Source of the DNA: Geobacter metallireducens GS-15
GTDB lineage: Bacteria; Desulfobacterota; Desulfuromonadia; Geobacterales; Geobacteraceae
DNA: 32,000 bases
Direction of reading: 5' to 3'
Assembly: GCF_000012925.1 (NCBI RefSeq)
Contig: NC_007517.1
Coordinates: forward strand, 2,580,001 to 2,612,000
The number at the start of each line of letters is the position of its first letter. The stretch's first letter is position 1. Below the pieces are notes generated by a model that saw only the letters and a program-made list of their open reading frames with translations, had not been told where the DNA came from and made no database searches. Position numbers and translations under genes: made by a program. This document shows, one piece after another, positions 1 through 7,949 of the stretch.

Positions 1-72
1 GCCAGCCAATTCCCGAAAGGAAAGCAGCACAGCCATGGGCAATTTCTTAAGCGCAATTTGCGCTAAAAGGGG

Positions 73-1260
73 TTGTTTATGGCTATTTTCACATCAGAGA
101 ACAATCAAGTAGTGTCCCCCAGCATGGCGGAGTCTGTAACACGCCATGCGCAAAACCCACCTACCGGAAATTTCCAGTTCCTTGCCTGCGGCATTGATAC
201 CCTTGATCTGGGTCTGTTCGTGTCGTGGGACGCCAACTGGAACCGCACCAAGTCGTATCTTTCCGAGAAGAAGGAAGCCTCCCAGGGAACAACCGGCCTT
301 CTCGACAAGACCGACATCAGCCGGGAGTTTCTCCACCACGCAAGCGGCAAGGCTCCCAACTATCGCTATCAGCTCCAGTTCCCAGAATACCGCGTCTATC
401 TCGCCATTTCCGACAAGCCCGGCGCCTCGCCGAACGTCTATGTAACGATCCTGGCGGAAGCCCTCTGGCATGTGGGCCTATCAACCCTCCTGGAGCTGTT
501 GGAGTTCGACCTTATGAGCTTCGGCGGCACTATCGAGCGTGTCCAGCCGAGCCGGTGCGACCTCTGCGCAGACTTCAGAGTGAATCCGCCCCTCGCCTTT
601 TCCCTTCTCGAAATCCTCCGGGTGTCCCGCAGTCGCAAGATCAGAATGATAACGAACGGCGGCGACCTGGAAACCTACTATTGCGGCTCTGCTAACTCTC
701 CCGTCCAGGTGCGAATCTACGACAAGGGGAAAGAGATTCAGAAGAGCAACAAGCAATGGTTTCTGCCGATCTGGGGTGTGGATGATCCGGGAGGGGTCTG
801 GCGGGTCGAGTTCCAGCTTCGCCGCTCATTTCTCCATCAGTACCGGATAAAGACCCTTGACGACCTCTGGGAGAAGGTCGGCGCAATCTGGGCGTATCTC
901 ACAGGGGAATGGTTCTCGCTCCGGCTCCCCGACAACGAGAAGGCGGAACGGCGCACCATTCATCCCTGGTGGCTGGCGGTGCAGGAATGCCGGGACCGGT
1001 TCGGGGCCTTTCGGGATGCCAAGAGGACATTTTCCAGCGACAGCATGGAGCCGATTCAACGCACCCTTGCCCACATTATGGGAAGGATGATCTCCATTGC
1101 CGCCCAAAGCGGAATCAAGGACCGCAAGGAGGCGATCCGGTATCTGGGCCAGCTCCTTGACGAGCGCACCGATGATGACAAGTTCCGGGAGGAATACCGC
1201 AAGCGGTTAATCAGGCTCGGCTATCGCGGCACCCTGGGAGGGTCGGACGATGAGGAATGA
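73..1260 (+). CDS. Replication-initiation-factor-like protein (rolling-circle Rep_trans / phage gene II-like family)
   Basis: 395-aa ORF with motifs recalled from Rep_trans-type initiators: RCDLCADFRV (R-x-D-l-a-x-D-f), VQVRIYDKGKEIQ (YDK-x-x-E) and VWRVEFQLRR (R-v-E-l-q-l-R). The track start is TTG at 73; ATG at 79 is an alternative. Confidence 0.5.
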   Translation: MFMAIFTSENNQVVSPSMAESVTRHAQNPPTGNFQFLACGIDTLDLGLFVSWDANWNRTKSYLSEKKEASQGTTGLLDKTDISREFLHHASGKAPNYRYQLQFPEYRVYLAISDKPGASPNVYVTILAEALWHVGLSTLLELLEFDLMSFGGTIERVQPSRCDLCADFRVNPPLAFSLLEILRVSRSRKIRMITNGGDLETYYCGSANSPVQVRIYDKGKEIQKSNKQWFLPIWGVDDPGGVWRVEFQLRRSFLHQYRIKTLDDLWEKVGAIWAYLTGEWFSLRLPDNEKAERRTIHPWWLAVQECRDRFGAFRDAKRTFSSDSMEPIQRTLAHIMGRMISIAAQSGIKDRKEAIRYLGQLLDERTDDDKFREEYRKRLIRLGYRGTLGGSDDEE

Positions 1261-1591
1261 TAACCTTCCACCCTCCCCTGACCTTCTCACCGTGGAGCAG
1301 TTCGCCGAACGGATGCAGGTGTCCCGCACCACCATCTTTGGTTGGATCAAGGCGGGTGCCCTCAAGGAAAGGGTCCACTATATCCGACTCGGCCGCATCT
1401 TGCGCTTTCGCTGGGGGGTTGACCTTTTCTTCAACCGCCCGACACTGGCGAACAACGCGGAGGATGCCCCGGAAACGCCACCGCAGGCCACGGTCGGCAC
1501 GCTGGATTCTCAGCGGGGCGAAGCCCCGGTCAACCGCCCGCCTTTGACTTTAGAACGCCACAAGGGGCCGGTCATGAACCTTGACTATTGA
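1250..1591 (+). CDS. Excisionase-family / AlpA-like helix-turn-helix DNA-binding protein
   Basis: LLTVEQFAERMQVSRTTIFGWIKAGAL...RLGRILRFRW matches the HTH_17/excisionase pattern (HTH followed by an R-x-x-R-F/W wing). The ATG overlaps the 3' end of the Rep-like gene, and the gene sits directly upstream of an integrase. Confidence 0.65.
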   Translation: MRNDNLPPSPDLLTVEQFAERMQVSRTTIFGWIKAGALKERVHYIRLGRILRFRWGVDLFFNRPTLANNAEDAPETPPQATVGTLDSQRGEAPVNRPPLTLERHKGPVMNLDY

Positions 1592-1669
1592 TAATGCGAT
1601 GAAAGGCCGCTATGCTCCCCTCGGACTTAAGACGCACTGAAGGGAGGGTAACGGCCATGAGGTGACACA

Positions 1670-2980
1670 ATGAGAATGAAGAAAGGCATGCTTGCCTTGG
1701 AAGAACCAGTAAAGCAAATCGGAGCCATCAAGCGGCGCAAGGAGTCGAAGAAGCTCTACGTGGATTTCTACTACTTCGGGCGCAGGATAACGAGAAGCAC
1801 GGAACTGAACGACACCCCGGCCAATGAACGAAAGGTCCGGGCCTTTCTCGACAAGGTGATGCAGCGGATCGAGGACGGGACGTTCAAGTTTGCGGAGGCG
1901 TTCCTAGGAGCCACGGAGGAAGAGAAGGAGTTCTTCACCCAACTGGAAGGAAGGGAGTACCGGCCGGAACCACATCAGGTGGTTTTCGGAGAGTATGTGA
2001 AGGAGTGGATGGCGACGATCTTCCCCACCTTCGGCTCACCGACCAAGCGGCGGGACTATCGGGAGGCAATCGAAACGAGAATCCTTCCGGCCTTTCGGAA
2101 CATGACGTTCCACCAGATAACCGGGATGGCGGTATTCCGGTTCACGGAGTCGCTGGTCTGGAAAAAGGGCATCCACAAGGGAAAGCCCCTCTCCACGGCC
2201 AGGAAGAGCAACATCCTGATTCCGTTTCGCTCCATCTGGAACGATGCCTGCGACCATTACCGCTGGGTTATCAAGAGTCCCTTCGATAACCTGAGAAAGC
2301 GGCTTCCCAAGACCGAGAAGAAGGAACACACCGTTATCCGCTTCGCCGACTGGCTCACGTTCCTTGACAATCTGGAAGTGCATTACCGCCCCATCGCGGA
2401 ACTGATGATCCTTACCGGGATGATCCCTTCGGAGTTGGGGGGACTACGGAAGGACGATATCGAGGGGAATTACCTCAACGTCCGCAACTCCTACGTCCTC
2501 GGCGTGGAGAAGAAGAGCCTCAAGACCGCTTTCCGCAAGAGGCAAATCTCCATCACGGAAGCCATCAGGAAGCGGCTACAAGAACTTCAGAACCGCCCCG
2601 GCTCTCCTTACCTCTGCACGATGGTTGACGGCTCACGGTTCAACAGTAGCCGGTTCTGCAAGGTCTGGAAGAAGGCGGTGGATCAGGCCGGGATTCCCTA
2701 CGTTACCTCCTACTCGGCCCGGCACTCTTTCGCGGCGTGGAGTCTCATTATCGGGGTGAATCCGTTACGGCTCGTCAAGCTCATGGGGCATGCCAGCAAG
2801 CAAATGGTCTATGAGGTCTACGGGAACTACGTGGAGGGATTGGAAGAGGACGCGGAAAACATCTTCCGCTACTTCGGCAGGGACTTCATTATCCCCGGAA
2901 AAAGCAAATCCCCGATACCGTTTAGAGACAGTACCGGGGACAGTTTCGCGAACAACCTCTTAACTTTCGGAGATTGTTAG
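1670..2980 (+). CDS. Tyrosine recombinase / phage-type integrase of element A
   Basis: C-terminal catalytic signature ARHSFAAWSLIIGVNPLRLVKLMGHASKQMVYEVYGNY (R...H-x-x-R...H...Y). N-terminal arm-binding-like region LYVDFYYFGRRI. Adjacent to the tRNA-derived att repeat. Confidence 0.85.
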   Translation: MRMKKGMLALEEPVKQIGAIKRRKESKKLYVDFYYFGRRITRSTELNDTPANERKVRAFLDKVMQRIEDGTFKFAEAFLGATEEEKEFFTQLEGREYRPEPHQVVFGEYVKEWMATIFPTFGSPTKRRDYREAIETRILPAFRNMTFHQITGMAVFRFTESLVWKKGIHKGKPLSTARKSNILIPFRSIWNDACDHYRWVIKSPFDNLRKRLPKTEKKEHTVIRFADWLTFLDNLEVHYRPIAELMILTGMIPSELGGLRKDDIEGNYLNVRNSYVLGVEKKSLKTAFRKRQISITEAIRKRLQELQNRPGSPYLCTMVDGSRFNSSRFCKVWKKAVDQAGIPYVTSYSARHSFAAWSLIIGVNPLRLVKLMGHASKQMVYEVYGNYVEGLEEDAENIFRYFGRDFIIPGKSKSPIPFRDSTGDSFANNLLTFGDC

Positions 2981-2987
2981 ATTTTTT

Positions 2988-3034
2988 TGGAGCGGGAAAC
3001 GGGATTCGAACCCGCGACCTTCAGCTTGGGAAGC
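2988..3034 (-). repeat. 47-nt remnant of the tRNA-Gly(CCC) 3' end (att core repeat shared by elements A and B)
   Basis: tggagcgggaaacgggattCgaacccgcgaccttcagcttgggaagc matches 9986-10032 at 46 of 47 positions (C at 3007, T at 10005). Similarity stops abruptly at 3035, inside the anticodon stem. Confidence 0.9.
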
Positions 3035-3100
3035 AGGACACAAATCTTTCACGCCCCCACAACCCGCTCTATCACCATCTCGTTTATAGTCCATAACTTG

Positions 3101-3129
3101 TTGACTTATATCTGATTTTCCCATAGAGT
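3101..3129 (+). promoter_or_regulatory. Putative sigma70 promoter of the element-B integrase
   Basis: TTGACT (3101-3106), 17-nt spacer, TAGAGT (3124-3129), about 90 nt upstream of the int ATG. The putative arm-type repeats lie between this promoter and the start codon. Confidence 0.4.
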
Positions 3130-3175
3130 TATCCAAGCCAAGCCTCGCTTCATACGCTTTACTGCAAGCCCACTA

Positions 3176-3200
3176 GAGGTTGCTTGCAGGTTGCTTGTAG
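3176..3200 (+). repeat. Tandem GGTTGCTTG(C/T) motifs (putative integrase arm-type binding sites, left end of element B)
   Basis: gaGGTTGCTTGCaGGTTGCTTGTag. An almost identical 26-nt block occurs at 9904-9929 in the same orientation. Confidence 0.55.
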
Positions 3201-3216
3201 CACTCAGAGGGAAATC

Positions 3217-4461
3217 ATGTCAACGCAATTCTCAGACAAGTTCATTCAAAACCTGAAGCCTGAAGCCAAGAAGTATTACATCCGGGAGAGTCGAGGATTC
3301 GCCATAGTCGTCCACCCTTCCGGTATCAAGAACCCGAAAGGGACAAAGACTTTCCTTTACATCTACACCATCAACGGCAAGCGCAAGGAGTTGAAGCTAG
3401 GGAATTACCCAGAGGTAACGCTCAAGGATGCTCGCATCAAGCACGGCGAAGCCTATGCACGTTTGGTTAATGGAGAAGACCCAGTCACCCCTCCAGTCAT
3501 TAAAGCTGAGCCGCAAGACGAAAACCTCACCTTCGGTCACTTCACAGAGTTATACCTCCAATGGTCAAAAGATAATCATTCGCCCAAGTGGCACAACACT
3601 ATCAAGTGCGCCCTGAATAAAGATGCACTTCCTGTCTGGGAATATACACTCATAGCTTCCATCAAGCGTCGTGACGCTATAGCCTTTCTTGAAAACGTAG
3701 CAAGGCGGGGTATCCAAGTAATCAACTTACACAAGGCGACCAGCTCAGTCTTTGACTATGCTTTAGAGCGTGAATACATCGAATCAAACCCGATGGCAGG
3801 ATTAAAAGCAAAGACTATCCCGGCCCTTAAACCAAAAGCGAGAGAGCGCTTTCTCTCAGACAGTGAGATAAAACACGTCTGGAAGGCCATAGACGAGGGG
3901 CCGGGTTATGATGAAACCAAGCGTGCCTTGAAACTCATAATGGTAACAGCACAGCGACCGGGGGAGGTTGCAGCAATGCACAGGCGGGAGATTCAAACAG
4001 GCGTCGGTAAACCACGTTGCAAGATATGCAAGCGGTGCGGGTGGTGGACTATTCCGGCAGAAAGGATGAAGAACGGAGAGGAGCACAGGATATACCTTAC
4101 CCCTACAGCCCTCGAACTGATCGGAGATGCAGAGGGGTATATCTTTCCGTCACCACAGGACGGGCAACCTATAAACAGAAACTCCCTTTCCCAGCTTGTC
4201 AGTAGAGAGAGAAACAACAAGAAGCCCAATGGGGAGATGTACCCACCGTATTATGGATTGCCTGAGTGGACGCCTCACGATCTGAGACGCACGGCCCGGA
4301 CCCTTCTGGCTCGTGTTGGCGTACCGGAGGAGCACGCAGAGGAAGTGCTCAGTCACAAGAAAGAGGGCTTAGTGGACAGGTACAACCGCCATGACTACAT
4401 GGAGGAGAAGAAGGAGGCCTTGATTAAACTGGAAGCTGAGTTGATGAAATTGAGCATATAA
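3217..4461 (+). CDS. P4-type (DUF4102 N-terminus) tyrosine integrase of element B
   Basis: N-terminus FSDKFIQNLKPEAKKYYIRESRGFAIVVHPSG...LKLGNYPEVTLKDAR is the typical P4-like arm-binding domain. Catalytic residues: TAQRPGEV (R), HDLRRTART (H-x-x-R) and DRYNRHDY (Y). Start moved to ATG 3217 (GAGGG 6 nt upstream) from the TTG at 3184. Contains a Cys-rich insert, CKICKRCGWW. Confidence 0.9.
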   Translation: MSTQFSDKFIQNLKPEAKKYYIRESRGFAIVVHPSGIKNPKGTKTFLYIYTINGKRKELKLGNYPEVTLKDARIKHGEAYARLVNGEDPVTPPVIKAEPQDENLTFGHFTELYLQWSKDNHSPKWHNTIKCALNKDALPVWEYTLIASIKRRDAIAFLENVARRGIQVINLHKATSSVFDYALEREYIESNPMAGLKAKTIPALKPKARERFLSDSEIKHVWKAIDEGPGYDETKRALKLIMVTAQRPGEVAAMHRREIQTGVGKPRCKICKRCGWWTIPAERMKNGEEHRIYLTPTALELIGDAEGYIFPSPQDGQPINRNSLSQLVSRERNNKKPNGEMYPPYYGLPEWTPHDLRRTARTLLARVGVPEEHAEEVLSHKKEGLVDRYNRHDYMEEKKEALIKLEAELMKLSI

Positions 4462-4496
4462 GCAATGAAATTGCATTGAAAGTGAGGATGATGCCG

Positions 4497-4934
4497 ATGA
4501 GAGCTAAGTCGATATTGTTATTTATGGTGATTGCTTTGTATCCAACGTTTGTTGCAGCACTCGATAGTGAAGAAAAATATACTGGGTTTCATATTGACGT
4601 TTACGATGAGGCACTAACAAACAAAGTCATAGCTAATGCGGCTAAATGCGAAGTTATAGATCAATTACTTAACGGTGAAAGAAAGTCTTGTTATCTGTCA
4701 AACGCTATACATAAGATTATTAGTGAGCCTGACAACAAGTTAGTGAGGTATATGCCATTAAGAAATAATTACAATCGGTTGTTTATAGAATATGAAGTTG
4801 CCTATCACGCTTTAAGGAATGCACAATTCGGAGCACTTAAAACCATGAAAACGCTCAATGCTATTAGTGTGAGTGGCCTTCTTGAAATGTATTCTAAATC
4901 AAATTGCCCTGAGCTTAACAAATCACAGGATTGA
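4497..4934 (+). CDS. Small secreted hypothetical protein (AT-rich, foreign-looking gene)
   Basis: MRAKSILLFMVIALYPTFVAA|LDSEE looks like a Sec signal peptide. GAGGA lies 8 nt upstream of ATG 4497 (the track ORF starts at TTG 4476). Codon usage is clearly AT-biased compared with its neighbours. I recognise no domain. Confidence 0.6.
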   Translation: MRAKSILLFMVIALYPTFVAALDSEEKYTGFHIDVYDEALTNKVIANAAKCEVIDQLLNGERKSCYLSNAIHKIISEPDNKLVRYMPLRNNYNRLFIEYEVAYHALRNAQFGALKTMKTLNAISVSGLLEMYSKSNCPELNKSQD

Positions 4935-5067
4935 CAAATAACCCTGTCTCGTCTTCTGATGCTATATCCCCACCCCTTCATCTCCCGATGAAGACTGTAG
5001 CGTCCAGTACATACAGTAGCGATCTTATCGCTCTTCTAAAGGGCTGGTAATCGAAGTAATTCTTGGC

Positions 5068-5096
5068 TTGACAGGCCTGATTTGTAAGTGTATAAA
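5068..5096 (+). promoter_or_regulatory. Near-consensus sigma70 promoter of the serine recombinase gene
   Basis: TTGACA (5068-5073), 17-nt spacer, TATAAA (5091-5096). GGAGGG RBS at 5125-5130 and ATG at 5138. Confidence 0.55.
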
Positions 5097-5137
5097 TTCA
5101 TCAACGACCATATTGAAATTACACGGAGGGCCAGACA

Positions 5138-5788
5138 ATGAAACGCTACGTGTCCTATCTCAGGGTATCAACCGACAAGCAAGGCCGGGAGGGCTACGGA
5201 GTAGGTGCACAACGAGAGGCCGTAGCCAACTACCTGAACGGGGGCAAGTGGGAGTTACTACGGGAGTTCGTAGAGGTGGAATCAGGAAGGAAGAAGGACC
5301 GCCCGGAGCTGGCAGCGGCTCTTTCCTTCTGCAAGCTGACTAAGTCCACCTTGATCGTTGCCAAGCTGGACCGCCTAGCCCGCAACGTGGCGTTTGTATC
5401 TTCGCTCATGGAATCTGGGGTTGACTTCGTAGCGGTAGACTTCCCAGAAGCAAACAAGCTGACTGTCCATATCCTTGCAGCGGTTGCGGAACATGAGGCC
5501 GGTATGATTTCCACCCGCACCAAAGCAGCCTTAGCGGCAGCAAGGACAAGGGGCGTCAAGCTGGGGAATCCTAACCTAACCAATGAAGCCCGGAGCGCTG
5601 GCAGGGTTGCAAGGGCTATGAAGTCCGATGAAGATGCAAAGAGGGTAAAACCCATCATTGAAGGATTGAGACTGCAAGGCATGGGACTTAGAGAGACTGC
5701 AAGGGAACTGAACCGGCAAGGAATCCGAACGCCACTAGGAAAGGACTGGACCGCTACGGCAGTCAAGAACGCAATGGCGAGATGGTGA
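5138..5788 (+). CDS. Small serine recombinase (resolvase/invertase family)
   Basis: N-terminal catalytic motif YVSYLRVSTDKQ (nucleophilic Ser), KLDRLARN and ISTRTKAAL motifs, and a C-terminal HTH-like region (GLRETARELNRQGIRT). Confidence 0.9.
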   Translation: MKRYVSYLRVSTDKQGREGYGVGAQREAVANYLNGGKWELLREFVEVESGRKKDRPELAAALSFCKLTKSTLIVAKLDRLARNVAFVSSLMESGVDFVAVDFPEANKLTVHILAAVAEHEAGMISTRTKAALAAARTRGVKLGNPNLTNEARSAGRVARAMKSDEDAKRVKPIIEGLRLQGMGLRETARELNRQGIRTPLGKDWTATAVKNAMARW

Positions 5789-5886
5789 AGCTCTGAGGCG
5801 TCAAGGTTGACAGGTGGTTTCCCTTCTCCTTCCTGTCCCTGACAGGCCTAGCGCCTCGCCCGGCCCGCTCCCTGATCGCCACGGAG

Positions 5887-5903
5887 CCCCCCCCCCCCCC
5901 CCC
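5887..5903. repeat. Homopolymeric C17 tract (G17 on the minus strand)
   Basis: Counted directly: 17 consecutive C, followed by a-cccc-at-ggggg (palindrome ccccatgggg). Intergenic, about 100 nt after the recombinase stop. Confidence 0.95.
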
Positions 5904-6121
5904 ACCCCATGGGGGAAAGCGCACGACGAGGGCGAGGGCAGACCCCTTGCACGCACCGGCTGTAATTTCGAGAATCTGAGTGCAGCCGACTCAGCCCGTC
6001 AAGCTATTTGCCCGCCCGCTGGACCTCTTCCCGAATAACAACCCACGCCTAGCCCTCACCCGGAATAAAAGCTCGTCACAGGTCAAATATGGTAGCTGTA
6101 TCCGTTTACCTATATGGCAAA

Positions 6122-6151
6122 TTGAACTAGAGCACCGCTCCGTGCTATAAA
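6122..6151 (+). promoter_or_regulatory. Putative sigma70 promoter of the 3-TM/zinc-ribbon gene
   Basis: TTGAAC (6122-6127), 18-nt spacer, TATAAA (6146-6151). It overlaps the track's GTG start (6152), which argues for the ATG at 6179 preceded by AAGGA. Confidence 0.45.
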
Positions 6152-6178
6152 GTGGAGGCAAGCAGAAAGGACCCGAAG

Positions 6179-6736
6179 ATGACAGAGTCTCAATCCCATT
6201 CAGTTCGTAACGGAGTTATTGCAACTGTCTTAGGTGGACTTATCTTGTCTGCAATACCCTATGCACGTGGTTTACTACTAAGCCTCATCGCATGGGTTTG
6301 GTCTGGGGCTGTTTGGGCACGGAAAACCATCACCTTGTCATATCCGACACCGGGGTGGTTACTGCTACTCATAGGGCTGTTCGCACTTTATGGCGCAGTA
6401 TGCACCCTCTTTGCACTCCGGCCCAAGAAAGAACCCCTCCACAAGAAGTACACTGAAGATATTATTTACGGTGCAAAGTGGCGCTGGTCTTGGGTGGGAA
6501 GTAATGTTTCAAATCTTTGGTGCTATTGCCCGACGTGTGATGCAACTCTTGTTTATGATGACAGCTCTTGTCGCTCCCGGTATGAACCAAGCAAAACCGA
6601 CTTTATCTGTGAGCGGTGCAATGGAAAGGTTGTTACAACAATCCAAGGTGGAAACAAATCATACGCTGTCGGTGCTGCCGAAAGGGAACTTCTCCGCAAG
6701 GTGAGGACCGGGGAGTATGTCGCTGCTATCCAATGA
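6179..6736 (+). CDS. Membrane protein with about 3 N-terminal TM helices and a C-terminal CxxC...CxxC zinc-ribbon-like domain; function unknown
   Basis: Hydrophobic stretches VIATVLGGLILSAIPY, LLLSLIAWVWSGAVWA and GWLLLLIGLFALYGAVCTLFAL. Then CYCPTCDATLVYDD...DFICERCNG (two CxxC pairs). Confidence 0.65.
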   Translation: MTESQSHSVRNGVIATVLGGLILSAIPYARGLLLSLIAWVWSGAVWARKTITLSYPTPGWLLLLIGLFALYGAVCTLFALRPKKEPLHKKYTEDIIYGAKWRWSWVGSNVSNLWCYCPTCDATLVYDDSSCRSRYEPSKTDFICERCNGKVVTTIQGGNKSYAVGAAERELLRKVRTGEYVAAIQ

Positions 6737-6947
6737 CTGAAGAAAAGAGCCTCGCCCGCAATTCAAGCAATCGAAATTGGGACAAGGTGGCCGTAACACG
6801 GGAGCGGCCCAAGGGAGCACCGTAGATCACTGAGAGAGAACACAGACTGCTCGCACCTCGGCTACTGGCTCAACCTTGGGCAATCAAACGGGCTACTATG
6901 TAACCGGCCTCAGCCGGATAGATATAAATAACCGTATGTAAGACAAG

Positions 6948-7427
6948 TCAGTCTGATAAGTTGTACCAGTCAGGGAAGCGGTCACTCTTTATGCGCCACG
7001 CCACGGTGGATTGAGAGAGACCAGCAGCTTTTGCAGCTTCTCTTTGATGAGTGAAGACACCGATAGGCGTGCTAATCTTGGAGCCACGAGTAGGCTTTTT
7101 CGACCCGGTTGCATAAGCACGCTTCATACAGCGAGAGCGACAGCTCCACTCAAGATTGCTTGCGTTGTTGTTGCTACGATTCCCATCTTTGTGCCTTACA
7201 CAAGGAAGCTCGTCGGGATTGTCAATGAAGGCCTCAGCTACAACCCTATGCCACAAGAGCGCCTTGGGTTTCTTGCTCTCTCCAACGTACAAATTTGCAA
7301 TGCACCCTTTCTTTGAAACTGAAGGGCTCAATACGTGCCTTGTCTTTATCCGTCGAATATCCCCGTTATTTGAGACTTCGTACTCACGCGCCTCCCGTAC
7401 CACTTTCCATCGTTCGCTCTCGGTCAT
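6948..7427 (-). CDS. Free-standing HNH homing-type endonuclease (NUMOD4-like N-terminus, HNH core, C-terminal HTH)
   Basis: WKVV...YEVSNNGDIRRI (NUMOD4-like), CVRHKDGNRSNNNASNLEW (H-N-N core) and REAAKAAGLSQSTVAWRIK (HTH). A G9 run sits in the SD position upstream. Confidence 0.8.
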   Translation of the reverse strand: MTESERWKVVREAREYEVSNNGDIRRIKTRHVLSPSVSKKGCIANLYVGESKKPKALLWHRVVAEAFIDNPDELPCVRHKDGNRSNNNASNLEWSCRSRCMKRAYATGSKKPTRGSKISTPIGVFTHQREAAKAAGLSQSTVAWRIKSDRFPDWYNLSD

Positions 7428-7433
7428 ACCCAG

Positions 7434-7442
7434 CCCCCCCCC
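7434..7442. repeat. C9 tract (G9 on the coding strand), 6-15 nt upstream of the HNH start codon
   Basis: Counted directly. On the minus strand it reads gcGGGGGGGGGctgggtATG. Confidence 0.9.
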
Positions 7443-7534
7443 GCTCTTGTAGCACTCTAGCCCGTTTTTTATCTCTCTTATAATTCTTTACTCTTCGTCT
7501 ACTACTTAGCGCTCCGTCTTCGACGGTACTACTT

Positions 7535-7668
7535 GTTCGCTCAGAGGTTCCTGTATCTATAGGACGGGTTTATTTTACGATGAGAAATGAGAAATGAAAC
7601 CATCGGGACTCTGTCACGCATCGGAACGGCTGGTTCGCTCAGAGGTTCCTGTATCTATAGGACGGGTT
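7535..7668. repeat. Pair of identical 36-bp direct repeats separated by 62 bp
   Basis: gttcgctcagaggttcctgtatctataggacgggtt at 7535-7570 and 7633-7668. The spacer contains the tandem gagaaatgagaaatga. Confidence 0.9.
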
Positions 7669-7872
7669 AATTCATCTTAACGGAGAGCACTTGCACGCGC
7701 CGGTTGCAATCCCAAGGGTGAGAGCCCAACTCTCAGACCGTCCTTTTAACGCACCCCGCCGCCCACTGGCTCGCCCGCAACTTGTCACCCCTCACCTTAC
7801 CCTTCGCCAGCCCGTGCCCGCCCTCAGAAACGATAATAATTTGAAACCGCCGTGCGAGACCGGGAGTGCGCT

Positions 7873-7949
7873 ATATTATTAATAGTATGGGTTAATTGCT
7901 TGCCCGCACGCCATATTATTAATAGTATGGATTAATTGCTTGCCCGCAC
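7873..7949. repeat. Two tandem 37-bp repeats (40-bp period, 1 mismatch), each containing AATTGCTTGC
   Basis: atattattaatagtatggGttaattgcttgcccgcac at 7873-7909 and atattattaatagtatggAttaattgcttgcccgcac at 7913-7949. Confidence 0.9.

Larger units (their letters stand above)
1..2987. mobile_element. Integrative element A (right-hand part, truncated by the window start): Rep-like, excisionase-like HTH and tyrosine integrase genes, ending at a tRNA-Gly 3' remnant
   Basis: Three co-directional genes typical of a replication/excision/integration module. The integrase stop (2980) lies 8 nt from the 47-nt tRNA-Gly 3' remnant (2988-3034). The left boundary is not in the window. Confidence 0.6.

Noticed and set aside
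5069-5847. 10-mer TGACAGGCCT on both sides of the serine recombinase gene (5069-5078 and about 5838-5847) as possible res or crossover sites
   Set aside because: A single shared 10-mer within about 800 bp is close to chance expectation (order 0.3 by a rough pair count). There is no dyad symmetry or flanking similarity.
5814-6038. 74-aa proline-rich ORF covering the C17 tract
   Set aside because: Its poly-Pro run is simply the translated homopolymer. It has no RBS and starts at a non-ATG codon, so it is not credible as a gene.
7575-7600. Hammerhead-like GATGAG...GAAA string in the spacer between the 36-bp repeats
   Set aside because: It lacks the CUGANGA core and has no flanking helices that I could draw. 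It is just an AG-rich tandem repeat.
7535-7668. Possible mini-CRISPR array (36-bp repeat, spacer, 36-bp repeat)
   Set aside because: There are only two repeats. The 62-bp spacer is far longer than typical spacers. No cas genes or leader-like region are in the window. I report it as an unexplained direct repeat instead.
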